DNA from: a virus
Taxonomy: Duplodnaviria; Caudoviricetes
Length of the DNA stretch: 25,155 nt
Reading direction: 5' to 3' (one strand)
IMG/VR virus record: IMGVR_UViG_3300013101_000085
Coordinates: 1-25,155 of that record
Shown here: piece after piece, positions 1 to 8,728 of the stretch
Layout of the letters: the number at the start of each line of letters is the position of its first letter
How positions within the stretch are numbered: position 1 is the stretch's first letter
Made by a program: the position numbers and the translations under genes
Notes under the pieces: model-generated
The model's database searches: none
The model's input: the letters and a program-made list of their open reading frames with translations, nothing else
Told to the model about the DNA's origin: nothing

Positions 1-84
1 GATAATCCTACAGAGGAAGATAAGAATCGTATGGAGAAAGCTGAGAAAGATTATGATGAGAAGAAGAAGGAACAGGAGAAATAA
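1..84 (+). CDS. 3' end of a charged protein truncated by the window edge (inside the repeat)
   Basis: Frame 1 is open from base 1: DNPTEEDKNRMEKAEKDYDEKKKEQEK-TAA(82..84). It is followed 1 nt later by an ATG with an upstream AGGAG SD-like motif. Confidence 0.6.
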   Translation, partial: DNPTEEDKNRMEKAEKDYDEKKKEQEK

Positions 85-123
85 CATGGCTGGTAAATTA
101 GGACGTCCTCGGAAGGATGTGAA
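1..123 (+). repeat. Terminal inverted repeat, left copy (123 bp, perfect)
   Basis: 1..123 (gataatcctacagagg...cggaaggatgtgaa) is the exact reverse complement of 25033..25155. Identity ends at position 124 (ggaaat vs tcggtg). About 40% GC (49/123 by hand count), higher than the interior. Confidence 0.98.
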
Positions 124-139
124 GGAAATAAAATCATGA
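86..139 (+). pseudogene. 17-aa truncated allele (MAGKLGRPRKDVKEIKS) of the GRPRK protein at 24810..25070; possible coupling peptide
   Basis: Same AGGAG SD, ATG and first 12 codons as the right-arm gene. It diverges at the repeat boundary and ends in a TGA that overlaps the next ATG (ATGA 136..139). Confidence 0.5.
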
Positions 140-429
140 GTTCATATGCAACTCAACAATTAATAATCGGAAGTACACCAGTAGGATTTGATGATAGTAT
201 CATTAGACCAAATTCATTGACATCTCCTACAAGAGCTTTTTTTATTGTAGAGAATAATTCTATTAGGGTTAGTTCTGTTATTCAGCCTACTGAAACATCA
301 GGGTTAATAGCTCCCATAGGGTCATCAGTTGTTGTTAGAGGACAAAAAGATATAGAGGATTTTAAGGCAATTAGTACTAATCCTTCTAAAACATCCTCAG
401 TTTTTGTAGAATTTACAGACGAATATTAA
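136..429 (+). CDS. Small beta-rich phage hypothetical protein (possibly virion accessory)
   Basis: 97-aa ORF in the operon, ATGA-coupled to the upstream mini-ORF. Alternating hydrophobic strands (AFFIVENNSIRV, SVVVRG, SVFVEF). Does not look like a helical TerS. Confidence 0.7.
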   Translation: MSSYATQQLIIGSTPVGFDDSIIRPNSLTSPTRAFFIVENNSIRVSSVIQPTETSGLIAPIGSSVVVRGQKDIEDFKAISTNPSKTSSVFVEFTDEY

Positions 430-440
430 AATATTTAATT

Positions 441-2042
441 ATGACTATCCACTTCAATAATATGCAATTTCATGAGAACATTGATTGTAATTATCAATAT
501 GATTATATTGATGTGCACAAGCAATTAATAGAATCTACATCACAAGAACAAGTTGCAATATTACGTGATATAATTGAGAATGATTTATTTTTTATTGTTT
601 ATTTTATATTAAAAATTGAAGTGGCTAATCATCCATTTATTGTTGATAGATGTAAAGAGGTTCAGAATGGTCCTATTACTAATACTTTGGATGTATGGCC
701 TAGGTATCATTTTAAATCTACAATTATAACTATAGCAGAAACTATACAATTTCATTTAAAATATCCAGAAAAATGCACTTGTATTTTTTCATACAAAAAA
801 GCAGCTGCAGAAAAATTTGTAAGTTCAATAAGAAGAGCTTTTGAATCAGATTTTCTAATAAATCTTTTCCCTGATAAATTATATGCTAATCCTGGAAGAG
901 AGTCTGGATCTTGGAGTTTAGTAAATGGGATTACCATTAAAAGGTCTAATAAATCTAGACCTCAAAGAACTGTTCAAGCATCAGGATTAGTAGAAGGGAT
1001 GTTACAAGGTGATCACTTCGAACGTAGATTGTATGATGATATTGAAACCGATGACATGAAAGATTCACGAGAACAAATGGATAAATGTTATGATAAATTT
1101 TGCATGTCTGTTAACCTTGGAACTGGATTAGATGATGACATTGAACGAGTTGTTGGAACATTTTATTCCCATCTTGGACCATTGGTACGAATTAAAGATC
1201 ATAAAACAATTTATGGAGATGATGCTTATTCTTATAGGAAATATGCAGCAACAGATGACGGCACTGTCGATGGAGTTCCTGTTTTAATATCTCAGAATAA
1301 ATTAGATCAACTAAAAACACTTCCAACTTTTTTTTCACAACAATTATGTGATCCAACTCCAATACATGATTTGACATTAGATCCATCATTATTACTATAC
1401 ATATCAGCTAATGATATTCCAATTAATATTTTTAAATTTATGGTAATTGATCCGTCTGGTGGAATCGTTACAAAACGATCTGATTCTTGGGGTATACACA
1501 TCATTGGAGTTGAGCCCATCATGGATGATATTGGTGCAAGCAATATTTATATATTAGACTCATTTATAGATAAAGCTAATGAGTCAGAAATAGTCTATAT
1601 ATTAAGTAGTATGTATAGACGCAATGGAATCATAGAACAAGTTGCATACGAATCGGTCAACAAAGTAACACCTGGATGGATAGTTCACTTTCAAAATGCC
1701 ATGAAATCTCATGGAATATCATTATCAGAGGAAACTAAAAATATTAGGATCATAACTCCCCAGGGAAGAGAGAAAAAAAATCGAATTACTAGTGCTCTTA
1801 GGCTACCTTTATTACATGGTAAATTGTATATCTCTAACAATGTAACAATTAAATATGTAGATGCATTGAAAAATGAGATGTCTCGTCATCCGTTAGGGAA
1901 TGATGATGGTATAGACGCATTATCATTTATTTATAATATCTTAGATGATTTTGGATTCCAATGGAGAATTCCTACAACATCAACCAAAAACATAATCCCT
2001 ATAATACCGCAAATGCATAATGAGGGATGGATGGGAATATGA
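441..2042 (+). CDS. terL: Terminase large subunit
   Basis: Walker A-like WPRYHFKST and Walker B-like RLYDDIETD in the N-terminal half. RNase H-type nuclease acidic motifs MVIDPSGG..SD and NDDGIDALS in the C-terminal half. Lies directly upstream of the portal. Confidence 0.93.
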   Translation: MTIHFNNMQFHENIDCNYQYDYIDVHKQLIESTSQEQVAILRDIIENDLFFIVYFILKIEVANHPFIVDRCKEVQNGPITNTLDVWPRYHFKSTIITIAETIQFHLKYPEKCTCIFSYKKAAAEKFVSSIRRAFESDFLINLFPDKLYANPGRESGSWSLVNGITIKRSNKSRPQRTVQASGLVEGMLQGDHFERRLYDDIETDDMKDSREQMDKCYDKFCMSVNLGTGLDDDIERVVGTFYSHLGPLVRIKDHKTIYGDDAYSYRKYAATDDGTVDGVPVLISQNKLDQLKTLPTFFSQQLCDPTPIHDLTLDPSLLLYISANDIPINIFKFMVIDPSGGIVTKRSDSWGIHIIGVEPIMDDIGASNIYILDSFIDKANESEIVYILSSMYRRNGIIEQVAYESVNKVTPGWIVHFQNAMKSHGISLSEETKNIRIITPQGREKKNRITSALRLPLLHGKLYISNNVTIKYVDALKNEMSRHPLGNDDGIDALSFIYNILDDFGFQWRIPTTSTKNIIPIIPQMHNEGWMGI

Positions 2043-3748
2043 AAAATAATGATGACATTTTATCATCTGCTATATCTCAATTTGATGAAAGTTATAGATT
2101 AGAATCTGACAATAGACGTGATGCTGAAATGACTTCTCAGTTCATTGATGGAAATCAATGGCCAGAAACAATGAAGGATAGTAGGAGAGCTCAGCGAAGA
2201 CCATGTCTAACTATCAATAAACTTAGAAAATATATTCTTCAAGTTTTAGGAGAATTACAGCAAAATAGACCTGGTCTTAAAGTAAGACCTATGGATGATC
2301 AATCTGACATTCCAGGAGCAATGGTTAGAGATGATTTGATAAGACATATAGAATTTATTTCTACATCAGATGTGATATATGACACAGCTCTATTAAGTGC
2401 CTTAGAAGGTGGATATGGATATTGGAGAATAGTAACAGAATATGATAATGAATCATTTGATCAAAATATTATTTTAAAAAGAATTCCTAATAGATTTAGT
2501 GTAATACTAGATCAGACATCAGAAATGCCATCATATGAAGATGGTAGATACGCATTTGTTATGAAACATATGTCAAGGGATAAATTTCAAGAAATGTATC
2601 CTGATCATGATATGACACCTTTTACAGAAATAAATGGAATGGAGAATTGGTTTACTGAAAATAATATAACTATTGCAGAATATTTTTGGAAAGAAACTGA
2701 AACTGTAGAAATATGGAAATTAGAAGATGGTACCATATTAAAACCAGAAGATATTGAAAAAATTAAAGACACTACAATATTAGAAGATATATTAGCCACA
2801 AAGCCTAAAAAAAGAATAGTTGAGCAGGATAAGATTTATTGGGCTAAAATGACTGGAAATTCAATATTGGAAGGACCTACAAAATTTCCTGGTACATATA
2901 TCCCTATTGTTCCTATGTTGGGATATGAATTTAACGATAATGGTAGTCGTAGATTCAGGGGATTAATATATGATAGTATCGATGCAGTTAGAATGTATAA
3001 TTATTGGAAAACATATAATGCTGAAAGCATTGCTTTGTCTCCAAAGACACCATATATGCTAACTGCACAACAAATTGAAGGACATCAGGCTCAATGGGAT
3101 GTAACTCATTTGGTTCCTTCTCCATATATATTGTATAATCATATTCCAGGTGAACCACCTCCTATTCCTAAAGCATCAACACCTCCTCCAATAGCATCTA
3201 TAAATGAAGCTAATTCAGCAACAAATGACATACAAGATACAATTGGATTATATGCTTCTAATATGGGTCAACCTTCTAATGAACGTAGCGGAAGGGCTAT
3301 CTTAGCTAGACAAAAAAAAGGTGATAATACTACATATACATTTGTGAATAATTTTCATAATGCTTTAATTTTTAGTCATAAAATTATTTTAAATATGATT
3401 CCAGAAGTGTATGATGCTCAAAGAATAATTAGAACATTAGCTAAAGACGGAGGATTAAATGAATTAAAATTAAATTTTCCAACAAAAGACCCAGGCACTC
3501 TAATAGAAAAAGTATTAAATGATATGACTGTTGGTAGATATGACATGGTTCCAGTTGTTGGACCTAATTATGCTACAAAGAGAATGGAAACTCTATCATC
3601 AATGCTTGACTTTATACAATTTGTACCTCAGTATGGTGGTATTATGGCTCCTGAAATTGCAAAGTTAATGGATTGGGAAGGTGCTGAAAAAATTGCAGCA
3701 AAAATAGAAGCATCTGATCAACAACAACAAAATGTTAAAAATAAATAA
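2039..3748 (+). CDS. P22-like portal protein
   Basis: Motifs F.DGNQW, RPCLTINKL, GGYGYWRI, YIPIVP..G, RMYNYW, SGRAILARQ and D.TVGRYD are typical of the P22 gp1 portal family. Start moved to ATG 2039, which overlaps the terL stop (ATGA). Confidence 0.93.
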   Translation: MKNNDDILSSAISQFDESYRLESDNRRDAEMTSQFIDGNQWPETMKDSRRAQRRPCLTINKLRKYILQVLGELQQNRPGLKVRPMDDQSDIPGAMVRDDLIRHIEFISTSDVIYDTALLSALEGGYGYWRIVTEYDNESFDQNIILKRIPNRFSVILDQTSEMPSYEDGRYAFVMKHMSRDKFQEMYPDHDMTPFTEINGMENWFTENNITIAEYFWKETETVEIWKLEDGTILKPEDIEKIKDTTILEDILATKPKKRIVEQDKIYWAKMTGNSILEGPTKFPGTYIPIVPMLGYEFNDNGSRRFRGLIYDSIDAVRMYNYWKTYNAESIALSPKTPYMLTAQQIEGHQAQWDVTHLVPSPYILYNHIPGEPPPIPKASTPPPIASINEANSATNDIQDTIGLYASNMGQPSNERSGRAILARQKKGDNTTYTFVNNFHNALIFSHKIILNMIPEVYDAQRIIRTLAKDGGLNELKLNFPTKDPGTLIEKVLNDMTVGRYDMVPVVGPNYATKRMETLSSMLDFIQFVPQYGGIMAPEIAKLMDWEGAEKIAAKIEASDQQQQNVKNK

Positions 3749-3892
3749 TAATACAACTATTTAATGAACTTTTTGTAATATATTTTATAAGAATGATCAC
3801 TCTTTATGGATACACCTGCGAAGGATTTTATAAAAAATTATTTTATAAGTTAATATATTATAAAGACACCTCAAAAATAAAAGGATTATATA
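3749..3892 (+). promoter_or_regulatory. Only sizeable intergenic region; probable promoter/translational control region for scaffold and coat
   Basis: 144 bp, very AT-rich, with an AAGGA SD near 3880 and an inverted repeat ttataaaa-N5-ttttataa (3828..3848). Promoter elements cannot be pinned down in such AT-rich DNA. Confidence 0.35.
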
Positions 3893-4690
3893 ATGGAAGC
3901 AATAGATTCACAAATTGATAACCAGGAGGAAACAGATGGTTTGTCAGAAGAAAGAGTTGAAGAGACCATTCAACCAGAAAAAAAAGAAGAAGAGAAACAA
4001 ACGATAGATCAAATTAATAATGAACAAAAAATTAAAGATCTTGAAGATAGATTACAACATAAAGAAGATTTTATTCAGCAGCAACGTTCTGAAAATGATA
4101 AATTAAAATATAAATCAGAACAAGTTCAAAAAACACAATATGATAATAATATTACTAAACCAGATCCAAATAATTATAATGACGAACAAAAATATATAAC
4201 TGATCTTGTTGGTTGGGAAGTTAAACAAACCAACATTCAAGATACTATTCAAAGTGAAATTAGAAAGAGTGCTAGTAATGATAAGATTATTGCTAATAAA
4301 CATAAGTTTGATCAGAAAGCTAATATCTTAAAAAAAGAAATAAGTGATTTTGATAATGTAGCAAAATCTTCTACTATGTTAGATTTATATAGTAACTCAT
4401 CTAATAATTTAGGTTTAATATTAGAAAATATGGATAATGGTCCAAATATAGCTTATTATCTTGGTAAAAACATAGATGTAGCACATTCATTATCTACTTT
4501 ACCACCACATGAACTAGTACCAGCTTTGTTGAATATAGAAAACCAAGTAAAATCAAAAACAACAACCAAACAAAATACAAATAATATAGAGCCAATTAAA
4601 CCATTAAGAGGTACTAATGGTGCCATTAAAGATAAGTCAGTTCATGAAATGACAACTTCTGAATGGTTGGCTCATAAAAAAAAAGGATGA
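3893..4690 (+). CDS. Capsid scaffolding protein
   Basis: Sits between portal and coat. Acidic/coiled-coil N-terminus, GPNIAYYLGKN motif, PIKPLRG, and a C-terminal EMTTSEWLAHKKKG coat-binding-like helix. AAGGA SD upstream. Confidence 0.85.
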   Translation: MEAIDSQIDNQEETDGLSEERVEETIQPEKKEEEKQTIDQINNEQKIKDLEDRLQHKEDFIQQQRSENDKLKYKSEQVQKTQYDNNITKPDPNNYNDEQKYITDLVGWEVKQTNIQDTIQSEIRKSASNDKIIANKHKFDQKANILKKEISDFDNVAKSSTMLDLYSNSSNNLGLILENMDNGPNIAYYLGKNIDVAHSLSTLPPHELVPALLNIENQVKSKTTTKQNTNNIEPIKPLRGTNGAIKDKSVHEMTTSEWLAHKKKG

Positions 4691-4699
4691 TAAAACAAG

Positions 4700-5968
4700 A
4701 TGACAGATTCAGTATTTAATATGCCAGGAGCATCAACGCCTAATAATTTTCTTCACCCAATTGAAATCACAAGAGAATATCTCAGTACTTTGACCAATAA
4801 TCTTGTAATGGTTAAACATTGTTATAAGGGTTATTCTGAAAATAATTATGGAAATGCAAATCCAAAAGAAGGTGACACTCTTAGAGTTAGACTTCCTAAT
4901 AGATTTAAAAGTTCATTAGGAGCAGAAATTGGAACCAATGATCTAAGTTCAGTTGATGAAATCTCAGTTCCTGTTCAATTGACAACTCGAAGAAAAATGG
5001 CTCTTGGTGCTACCACACAGGATTTTTCTCTTTATATTGATGATTTTAATAAATTATTTTTATCTCCTGCTGCTACTCAAATGGCTAATGATATTGATTT
5101 TGATGCTGCTGATCTTTATAAAGATGTTTATAATTGTGTGGGTTCAGCAACAGCGATTCCAAGCAGTCTTAAACTGTTTTTAGATGCTGGAACTGTTTTG
5201 GATAATAATTCTGTTCCACGCGATGGTCAAAGATGGGCTACTCTAACTTCGGCAACCATGGGATCAATGGTAGATGCTTTGAAGGGCTTATTTCAAGACT
5301 CTGGTTTGATTGGAAAGCAGTATAGAAGTGGTATGTTGGGCATTACTGGCGGATTTCAGTTTGAAATGTCTCAGAATATGAAAAAGCATACTAGTGGAAA
5401 TTATGGAACTTCTGCTGAATTGAAAGTTGATATGGTTGAAGGTAGTGATCAGATTGTTATCGATACTTTTGCAGGTGTTTCTGGAACACCATCATTCGCA
5501 GTAGGAGATATTATTTCCATTGCAGGTGTTGATGCTGTTAATATGTCTAACAAGCAAACAGTAGGTCTTTCTCAACAGTTTACAATCAAAAGTGCTACGT
5601 GGAATTCTGGTAATAGTGATATGACTTGTACTATTTCTCCTACTCCAATTGCCAGTCCTACAGATCCATACCAGAACGTATCTGCATTAGCATCTGCAGC
5701 AGATACAGTGTCTTTTGAGGTTGAAGAAAATATTACTTATGCTGTGAATCTTTGCTTCCATGAAGAAGCATTTTGTTTTGTATCAGCTAATCTTCCTATT
5801 CAAGGTGGAGTAGATTATGGTGCATCAGAAACAATTGAGGGTGTTAATACCAGGATTCTACGACAGTACCAGTTTATGAGTGATACATCTCCCACTAGAA
5901 TGGATGTATTATATGGCATGAAAACAACGCGTCCGGAAATGGCTGTACGTGTAATTAGTAAAGAATAA
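4700..5968 (+). CDS. Major capsid protein, P22 coat (gp5) family
   Basis: GDTLRVRLP, PAATQMANDID, L..NSVP.DGQR, FAVGDIISIAGV.AVN (insertion domain), FHEEAF and terminal RMDVLYG...RPEMAVR. Confidence 0.93.
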   Translation: MTDSVFNMPGASTPNNFLHPIEITREYLSTLTNNLVMVKHCYKGYSENNYGNANPKEGDTLRVRLPNRFKSSLGAEIGTNDLSSVDEISVPVQLTTRRKMALGATTQDFSLYIDDFNKLFLSPAATQMANDIDFDAADLYKDVYNCVGSATAIPSSLKLFLDAGTVLDNNSVPRDGQRWATLTSATMGSMVDALKGLFQDSGLIGKQYRSGMLGITGGFQFEMSQNMKKHTSGNYGTSAELKVDMVEGSDQIVIDTFAGVSGTPSFAVGDIISIAGVDAVNMSNKQTVGLSQQFTIKSATWNSGNSDMTCTISPTPIASPTDPYQNVSALASAADTVSFEVEENITYAVNLCFHEEAFCFVSANLPIQGGVDYGASETIEGVNTRILRQYQFMSDTSPTRMDVLYGMKTTRPEMAVRVISKE

Positions 5969-5986
5969 TTAACTAAGGGAAAGAAA

Positions 5987-6328
5987 ATGACACTTGAGAA
6001 AACTACAGGTAGTATGGAAAATGAAGCAGTAATTACGGTGATTAAAAGACCAGAACCATTGAAAGCTATTGAGATTACAAAAGAAAATATATCAATCATT
6101 GATAAAGCTTTCTTGTCTGTCATTACTAATATTGATGATGATGGTACTATTACTATTGTTGAATTTGATAAAGAAATAACTAAAAATTGCTTTAAAGAAT
6201 TTACTCATTTCATTACTCAGAATCTTCAAACTGGAACTGTTAAATTTTACTCAAAAGAAATGTTCATTAAAAAATTTGTAAGAATGTCAGTTCCTGATAA
6301 GGTAGAAGAAAATAAAGTAGATAAATAA
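5987..6328 (+). CDS. Phage hypothetical protein
   Basis: 113-aa ORF with SD (AAGGGA) between coat and adaptor. KRPEPLKAIE...FYSKEMFIKKF loosely resembles a common small phage family of unknown function. Confidence 0.7.
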   Translation: MTLEKTTGSMENEAVITVIKRPEPLKAIEITKENISIIDKAFLSVITNIDDDGTITIVEFDKEITKNCFKEFTHFITQNLQTGTVKFYSKEMFIKKFVRMSVPDKVEENKVDK

Positions 6329-6343
6329 TATAGGATAATATCT

Positions 6344-7057
6344 ATGACTACAGCGCGTCAATTAATATACAGTTCATTAAGATTGATTCAAGTTGTAGAT
6401 CAAGGAGAAGAGTCATCTGATTTAGATATTGAATCAGGTGCTCTTCTTGCACTACAAATGTTAATATCTTCTTGGAGTACTCGTGAACTATTATCATTTA
6501 CTACAATTGTAGATCAATATTCTTTAATTGCAAACAAAGATTCATTCACGATAGGTCCTTTGGGTGATTTAGTTGTAGAGACACCTGAATCAATAGCAAA
6601 TGTATATATTTCAACATCTAATAATATTGATATTACATTATATCCAATTAGTCAAACTGAATATTATAGTATTATAAATAAACAGTATTCTTCTAATTCA
6701 TATAAATATTATTACTACCAATTTGGATATCCAAATGGAACTTTTTATATGTTTCCAATCCCATCTACATCCGGAGATATTATCACGATATCATCGTATA
6801 AAAATTATACTTTAGATGATAGTATTTCAATTGATTCTCTAATAACACTTCCATCTCCATATTTAAATGCTCTAAAATATAACTTAGCCATAGAATTGGC
6901 TTCTGAGTATGCAACAGAAGTATCTATGTCGGTTGCTGTAAAAGCAAAAGAAACATTAGATGGAATTGTAAGGTTGTGTCAAAAGAAAGTTCCTCAAGCT
7001 CAATTTGATTTTGGAAATTCTCCGTATAGTCATAACCATACATTGGATTTTATTTAA
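6344..7057 (+). CDS. Head-to-tail adaptor (P22 gp4 position)
   Basis: MTTARQLIYSSLRLI start, AL..LQMLISSW, YMFPIP and LPSPYLNALKYNLAIELASEY match podovirus adaptor patterns; gene order agrees. Confidence 0.8.
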   Translation: MTTARQLIYSSLRLIQVVDQGEESSDLDIESGALLALQMLISSWSTRELLSFTTIVDQYSLIANKDSFTIGPLGDLVVETPESIANVYISTSNNIDITLYPISQTEYYSIINKQYSSNSYKYYYYQFGYPNGTFYMFPIPSTSGDIITISSYKNYTLDDSISIDSLITLPSPYLNALKYNLAIELASEYATEVSMSVAVKAKETLDGIVRLCQKKVPQAQFDFGNSPYSHNHTLDFI

Positions 7058-7058
7058 T

Positions 7059-8717
7059 ATGCCATATAATACAGAATATTTTAAATATGGTATAGGAGCT
7101 GCTGGATTAAATTACGATGCTAATATTTCCAATATGCATCCAAGTTGCGTATTGCCATATAGTATCAATTTTAATGTATTAAAGAATTCTTTGAGATCTA
7201 GAGGTGGGACTAAAATCATTTTAGATTCTCCTGAGAATTCACCAATATCATCAATGTATCAAGTTAGTAACACATCTAATGAGGGTGGGATATTACATAC
7301 TAATGATAATGGTAAAATATATTGGAATAATAGTTTATTACATTCTGATGTATCAAGCATACGTAAAGCTACTTATGTAAATTGGAATGGTAATATTATA
7401 GTCAATTGGGGATTAAACACACCTCAAATTTGGGATAGATCATCTGTTTCTACTATTGATTTTCCATCAGAACATATGTCCCCTGATTGGGTAGCTGATA
7501 ATATCTATCCTAAAGTAATGAAACTATATGGAAAAAGAACATCTGTAAGGGCTTGGGCAATAGGTGAGGGATTAAGAAAAAATACTATATATTATTCAAA
7601 TTTAAATAACGGAATAACATCTTCTCCTGATTTTAGTGTTAGTAATGGAGGTTTTTTCTTTATATCTACAAGAAATAATGAACCACTAACAGCAATTATT
7701 AATTTTGGAGATAGACTGATTGTTTTTAGTGCATCTCAATCTTTTGTTATTGATGATTCTTCATCATCTACATCTGACTGGGGATATGTAGAAGCGCAAT
7801 GGAAAGGTGGTACGATATCACAAAATACTGTTGTTGCTACAGAAAATGATATATTAGCCATGACAGAAGATGGTACAATTTACTCAGTTACAGCAGTAAC
7901 GGAATATGGAGATTATAAAATATCATCTATAACAGAACAAGCTTCAATTGATGATTATTTTAAAGATTATATCAATAAATCTCAACTTAATAATATCCAT
8001 ATGCTTTATGATCCATATTTAAGATGTATTAAGATATTTTGCTCTTCGTCAGTATCTACAAAGAATGATATGGCATTTGTATATTTTATAGACAAAACAC
8101 CAGAAACTGGATGGGGACCAGTACATAATAACATATTATATAATTCAGGCTATGATGCAAATTGTAGTGCTGTTGTTTTGTCTGAACATAATACATATAT
8201 TATTATTACTGGTGATTATAACGGTGACATATGGGAACTAGAAACAAATACTATTCAAGATGGTAATAATATTTTTGAGATGTCTTTAACAACACCCATT
8301 ATATCAGTTAATAATCCAAGAATTACTAAACGATTTAAAAGAGGTTTTTTAGAATTATCATGCAATAGTCCAATTAATGTTTCAATTAGAATGAAAACCG
8401 ATTTAAACAGTAAGCATAAACTTGTTTATCATTCAATATCAAATCCAAATAATGTATTTGATGAAGCTAAATGGGATATTGCAAAGTTTGCTGGTGGACG
8501 ACCAATACAACGTATGCGATATCATATTAATTTAATAGGAGTAGGGTTACAACAAACATTTATATTTTCTCCATATAGTATAGATAAACTATCTCAATAT
8601 GATGTATCTAAATGGGATGAAGCAACATTTCCTAGAGACAATATAACATATAACCAATTTGAGGTTATATCTAACATGCTAGATATAACACCTATAGCTT
8701 CAAGACTTAAAATTTAA
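7059..8717 (+). CDS. Tail hub/nozzle (P22 gp10-like DNA stabilisation protein)
   Basis: Beta-propeller-like composition (IYYSN, LTAIINFGDRLIVFS, TGDYNGDIW) with C-terminal KRFKR and KWD motifs. Follows the adaptor. ATG 7059, 1 nt after the upstream stop, preferred over TTG 7005. Confidence 0.8.
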   Translation: MPYNTEYFKYGIGAAGLNYDANISNMHPSCVLPYSINFNVLKNSLRSRGGTKIILDSPENSPISSMYQVSNTSNEGGILHTNDNGKIYWNNSLLHSDVSSIRKATYVNWNGNIIVNWGLNTPQIWDRSSVSTIDFPSEHMSPDWVADNIYPKVMKLYGKRTSVRAWAIGEGLRKNTIYYSNLNNGITSSPDFSVSNGGFFFISTRNNEPLTAIINFGDRLIVFSASQSFVIDDSSSSTSDWGYVEAQWKGGTISQNTVVATENDILAMTEDGTIYSVTAVTEYGDYKISSITEQASIDDYFKDYINKSQLNNIHMLYDPYLRCIKIFCSSSVSTKNDMAFVYFIDKTPETGWGPVHNNILYNSGYDANCSAVVLSEHNTYIIITGDYNGDIWELETNTIQDGNNIFEMSLTTPIISVNNPRITKRFKRGFLELSCNSPINVSIRMKTDLNSKHKLVYHSISNPNNVFDEAKWDIAKFAGGRPIQRMRYHINLIGVGLQQTFIFSPYSIDKLSQYDVSKWDEATFPRDNITYNQFEVISNMLDITPIASRLKI

Positions 8718-8728
8718 AGAGAAATATT

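Noticed and set aside
1-123. IS/transposon terminal inverted repeat, or protein-primed (phi29/tectivirus/Polinton-type) genome end
   Set aside because: No transposase, integrase or protein-primed PolB is present; the repeat is coding sequence that starts mid-ORF; packaging is by a TerL/portal system.
690-725. Inactive terminase because the Walker A (PRYHFKST) lacks glycines
   Set aside because: PRxHxKST-type variants occur in phage TerL proteins, and the Walker B and nuclease acidic residues are intact; no intein or intron-sized insertion is evident.
7005-7058. ORF-track start at TTG 7005 (and portal start at 2027)
   Set aside because: These overlap the upstream genes; ATG 7059 and ATG 2039 fit tight translational coupling better.
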